DNA of 61,129 nt, counting the filler, from an uncultured bacterium (GTDB taxonomy: Bacteria; CAZSTA01): assembly GCA_964609495.1 (NCBI GenBank). It is 2 parts of 2 records of this genome, joined end to end, with 100 filler letters (N's around TTAATTAATTAA, not from the genome) between each part and the next. Parts side by side here need not be neighbours in the genome. Positions count along the whole stretch, not along the records: positions 31,364 to 61,129 come from CAZSTA010000021.1; 1 more part is not named here. One strand, given 5' to 3'. The translations under genes were made by a program, and so were the position numbers. The notes beneath the pieces were generated by a model. It was not told the DNA's origin. It made no database searches and worked only from the letters and a program-made list of their open reading frames with translations. This document shows positions 58,312 through 61,129 of this stretch, piece by piece (within the stretch, counting starts at the first letter, position 1; the number at the start of each line of letters is the position of its first letter).

Positions 58312-60264
58312 ATGGAATTGTCGGTAAAATCGAGGAAAAAGGTTATGGATAGGATGATTAACTCATATACATTCCTAATTCTAACTATAGGAATGATAGT
58401 TACAATCTCCGCCTGGGCAGAAGAAACTCCCTTTATCCCAGCTATGACTTTTGGAAATAGAGGCTCTGGAGTAGGACAATTCTTCGCCCCAGGAGATATA
58501 GCTCTGGATAAAGAGGGCAACATCTACGTACTGGACACCGGTAATAATCGGGTTCAGAAGTTCGATCCCGGGGGAAATTTCCTGATGTGGTTCGGGGGAG
58601 CGGGGAAGGAGGAGGGAAAGTTTAATAACCCCTCCAGCATAGCTGTCGATGATTCTGGTAACATCTACATCTCGGATACCACCAATAATCGGGTTCAGAA
58701 GTTCGATCCCGGAGGGGATGTCCTGTTGATATTAAAAGGTGGAGAGGGTGATAAGCGATTTCACTTCCCTCGCGGGGTCTTTGTGAACAAACAAGGGATT
58801 TATGTAGCTGATAGCGGATTCGCCACTTTTACCATCCGTAATCGTCTTCGCCTTTTCAATCAGAAAGGTGAAGAACTTAAGGAGATAAAACTTAAAGAAT
58901 TGAGCTTGGATAAGGAGTTCGATCCTCAGGATTTAGCGGTTGATGATGAAGGGAATATCTATGTAACTGATAGGGGTCTCTCTCAAGTTGAGATATTCGA
59001 TAAGGATGGCGATCTGTTGCGAGTATTCGGGAGAAAGGGGAGGAAGCCCGCTGAGTTCTTCGATCCCACAGGTATATATTTAGATACCGAGGGAAATATC
59101 TACGTCGCTGATAGCGGTAACAACCGTATTCAAAAATTCGACAATCGGGGGAATTATTCCCTTCAATATGGAACGATTGGGACAGAATCAGGTCGATTTG
59201 ACTATCCTCGAGGGATCGTCCTAGATTCGCAGGATAACATCTATATCGCCGATAAAAATAATAATAGGGTCCAAAAGATCACTCCAACTCAGGTGGTCCT
59301 ACTCGACAACGAGGGATGGGAATATTATCATCAGGAAAGTTGGGATAAGGCTATCGAGATATGGAGGAATGTCCTAAAGCTCAACAACTCGATTATGACA
59401 GCTCACTTGGGATTAGCCGAGGTATATGCTAAGCAAAAGCGGTGGCCTCTATCTATGTCTAAGTTCGAGGATGTTCTAGCCATCGATCCCAACAATGTTA
59501 CCGCGGGAAGAGGACATAGAGCCACTTATATATATACCTATCTAACTCGGATCATACTAATTATCGGAGCGATCGTTTTAGCGTCTATTGGGATAGTCGC
59601 CTTGATGAGAGCTGGACGCAGAAGATATCTCCCTGCTAGAGCTGAGGGTATTACTCGAATGAATCCGATAATAGGCGTATTGAAACTATGGGAGTATATA
59701 TGGGGAATAGTAGCCAACCCATTCCGAACTATGGAGAGGATCAATCGTGAGAATTGGATATTCTTAACTGCTATCTTCATATTTTTGGTAAGTATAATCA
59801 CCGTTACCGCGGATATGCTCCTATCCCCCTTGGTATCAAATATGAGCATCTTATTTCTCTTACCAAGTAGCTACGGCTTTCAATTCGTATTCCCCTTCAT
59901 ACTTTGGTTGATGGCCTCCTTCTTCTTCACTAAGGGGGCAGATATTGTTGGAGGAGCGATGGGAAAGTTCAAAGCTATGTTGACGGTGGGAGGATATGCC
60001 CTTGTTCCCCACTTTCTCCTCTCCATCCCTCTAGCTCTCCTCAGTAGAGCCTTAATTCCAGCCGAGACGGAGCTCTTTGAGGTGCTGAGATATCCGATAG
60101 CGGTTTTGGATCTATTCTTGATTTTGATAGCCATAAAGGAGGTATGTCAACTTTCTCGTTGGATCAACACTATACTAGCCTTTATCTTTGGAATTATGCT
60201 GAATATCGTAGCTATAGTTGCCGTGATCTTCATATTTGTAGGAGTAAGACTGATTCTCTTTTAG
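58312..60264 (+). CDS. NHL-repeat beta-propeller + TPR + TM + Yip1-like membrane domain fusion
   Basis: about six F..P.GI.LD..GNIYV.D.GNNR.QKF repeats, TPR-like helices, then ..NPFRT and multi-TM region with GYALVP; start may be 58345 or 58354. Confidence 0.75.
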   Translation: MELSVKSRKKVMDRMINSYTFLILTIGMIVTISAWAEETPFIPAMTFGNRGSGVGQFFAPGDIALDKEGNIYVLDTGNNRVQKFDPGGNFLMWFGGAGKEEGKFNNPSSIAVDDSGNIYISDTTNNRVQKFDPGGDVLLILKGGEGDKRFHFPRGVFVNKQGIYVADSGFATFTIRNRLRLFNQKGEELKEIKLKELSLDKEFDPQDLAVDDEGNIYVTDRGLSQVEIFDKDGDLLRVFGRKGRKPAEFFDPTGIYLDTEGNIYVADSGNNRIQKFDNRGNYSLQYGTIGTESGRFDYPRGIVLDSQDNIYIADKNNNRVQKITPTQVVLLDNEGWEYYHQESWDKAIEIWRNVLKLNNSIMTAHLGLAEVYAKQKRWPLSMSKFEDVLAIDPNNVTAGRGHRATYIYTYLTRIILIIGAIVLASIGIVALMRAGRRRYLPARAEGITRMNPIIGVLKLWEYIWGIVANPFRTMERINRENWIFLTAIFIFLVSIITVTADMLLSPLVSNMSILFLLPSSYGFQFVFPFILWLMASFFFTKGADIVGGAMGKFKAMLTVGGYALVPHFLLSIPLALLSRALIPAETELFEVLRYPIAVLDLFLILIAIKEVCQLSRWINTILAFIFGIMLNIVAIVAVIFIFVGVRLILF

Positions 60265-60348
60265 ATCACAGTGATATATTTGAGATTTACATCCAATGGG
60301 GAAAGAAGCTTTCCCTCAACCCTTTCTATATTAATAAGGAGAAAAATT

Positions 60349-61129
60349 ATGGGCGAGATAATTAAGATAGAGGGAAATAGTGCTTCCCGAGGTAATTGGT
60401 TCGATGAGGCGAATCTATGGTGCTCTAATGTTTATATAATTCAGAGGGATAGAATCGCTTACATAATAGATACGGGGATAGGTAAGAGGATACGCGAGAA
60501 GATATCTGGGAGGCTCTCTGAGTTAGATGAGATCAAGTGCATCTATCTTATCAACACTCATCGCCATTTAGATCATATCGCTAATGGAGGGATCATAGGG
60601 GAATTAAGGAGTGGATATCCCGAAGCTCATTCCTATATCTATGAACGAGCCAGACTCAGTATAGAGTCCTTTCTTGCCAATCCCCAGGTATGGCCTTCTA
60701 TGGCTGAGAAGATAGATATAGGTTATGAGTACCTGGAGTGGTTGAAGAAGGAGGATATGAAGAATCTCGATTTCGAGGGGGTGAGTTTCAAAGGTTGGAA
60801 GATCGGAGAAGCTTATTTGTTATATACCCCTGGGCATAGTTCCTGTTCGATGTGTATCTATTTAGAGGAAGAGAAAGCTTTATTCACTGGAGACCTGCTT
60901 TGGTATGTAAATCCCAATTTGCCCTCGGGGAACATCGATCAGATACTAGATAGCGTTACAAAAGTTAAGGAATTAGTCGAGAGAAGGAGAATCGAGTATC
61001 TAGGAAATGGACATCTTAAGAGCGTCAAAGATAATGATAATGTCTTAAAATATATCGAAGATTGGGAGGAGAAAGAGCGATATCTCCTCTCCAAGTTGGA
61101 GGAGTTTATAGGTAGCAGGGATAAGGTTA
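60349..61129 (+). CDS. MBL-fold metallo-hydrolase, partial (runs off window)
   Basis: own translation: IIDTG, NTHRHLDH, TPGHS, LFTGD, GNGH; RBS AAGGAG. Confidence 0.85.
   Translation, partial: MGEIIKIEGNSASRGNWFDEANLWCSNVYIIQRDRIAYIIDTGIGKRIREKISGRLSELDEIKCIYLINTHRHLDHIANGGIIGELRSGYPEAHSYIYERARLSIESFLANPQVWPSMAEKIDIGYEYLEWLKKEDMKNLDFEGVSFKGWKIGEAYLLYTPGHSSCSMCIYLEEEKALFTGDLLWYVNPNLPSGNIDQILDSVTKVKELVERRRIEYLGNGHLKSVKDNDNVLKYIEDWEEKERYLLSKLEEFIGSRDKV

Overview
Chromosomal DNA from a draft, probably metagenome-assembled, bacterial genome with anaerobe-like gene content. There is a 10-N gap inside pyrF (3124-3133) and an artificial contig linker (N44-TTAATTAATTAA-N44, 31264-31363), so the two halves need not be adjacent in vivo. 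Left half: nitrilase-family hydrolase; Gfo/Idh/MocA-pyrF-pyrE-FGGY kinase operon; a stand-alone two-gene unit with a ~1750-aa Wza-like protein carrying 19 SLBB repeats and a kinase-less Wzc/GumC-like co-polymerase; GH116 glucosidase; CoA-disulfide reductase-like flavoprotein; a 13-gene sigma54-driven Fe-S/metal operon (DUF5320-like, NifB/NifX-like, CDF, ABC-2, ferredoxin, two MinD-ferredoxin ATPases, Fur, Mrp) with several Gly/Arg-rich proteins and an adjacent PAS-PAS sigma54 activator; HAD, PfkB and GH43-like genes. Right half: sigma54-preceded receiver-hsp20-hsp20-grpE-dnaK-ftsH operon; GAF histidine kinases; cold-shock protein; M20/Fe-ADH/cupin; sugar isomerase-AAC(3); a serC-like/serA/pspA-like serine operon; rplJL with an L10 leader detached from rplKA/rpoB; two pilin-like genes; sugar ABC transporter; NHL-TPR-Yip1-like fusion; partial MBL hydrolase. 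A REP/MITE-like repeat family fills five intergenic regions. I found no rRNA, tRNA, CRISPR array or intact transposase. All calls come from motif recognition by eye; no database searches were run.
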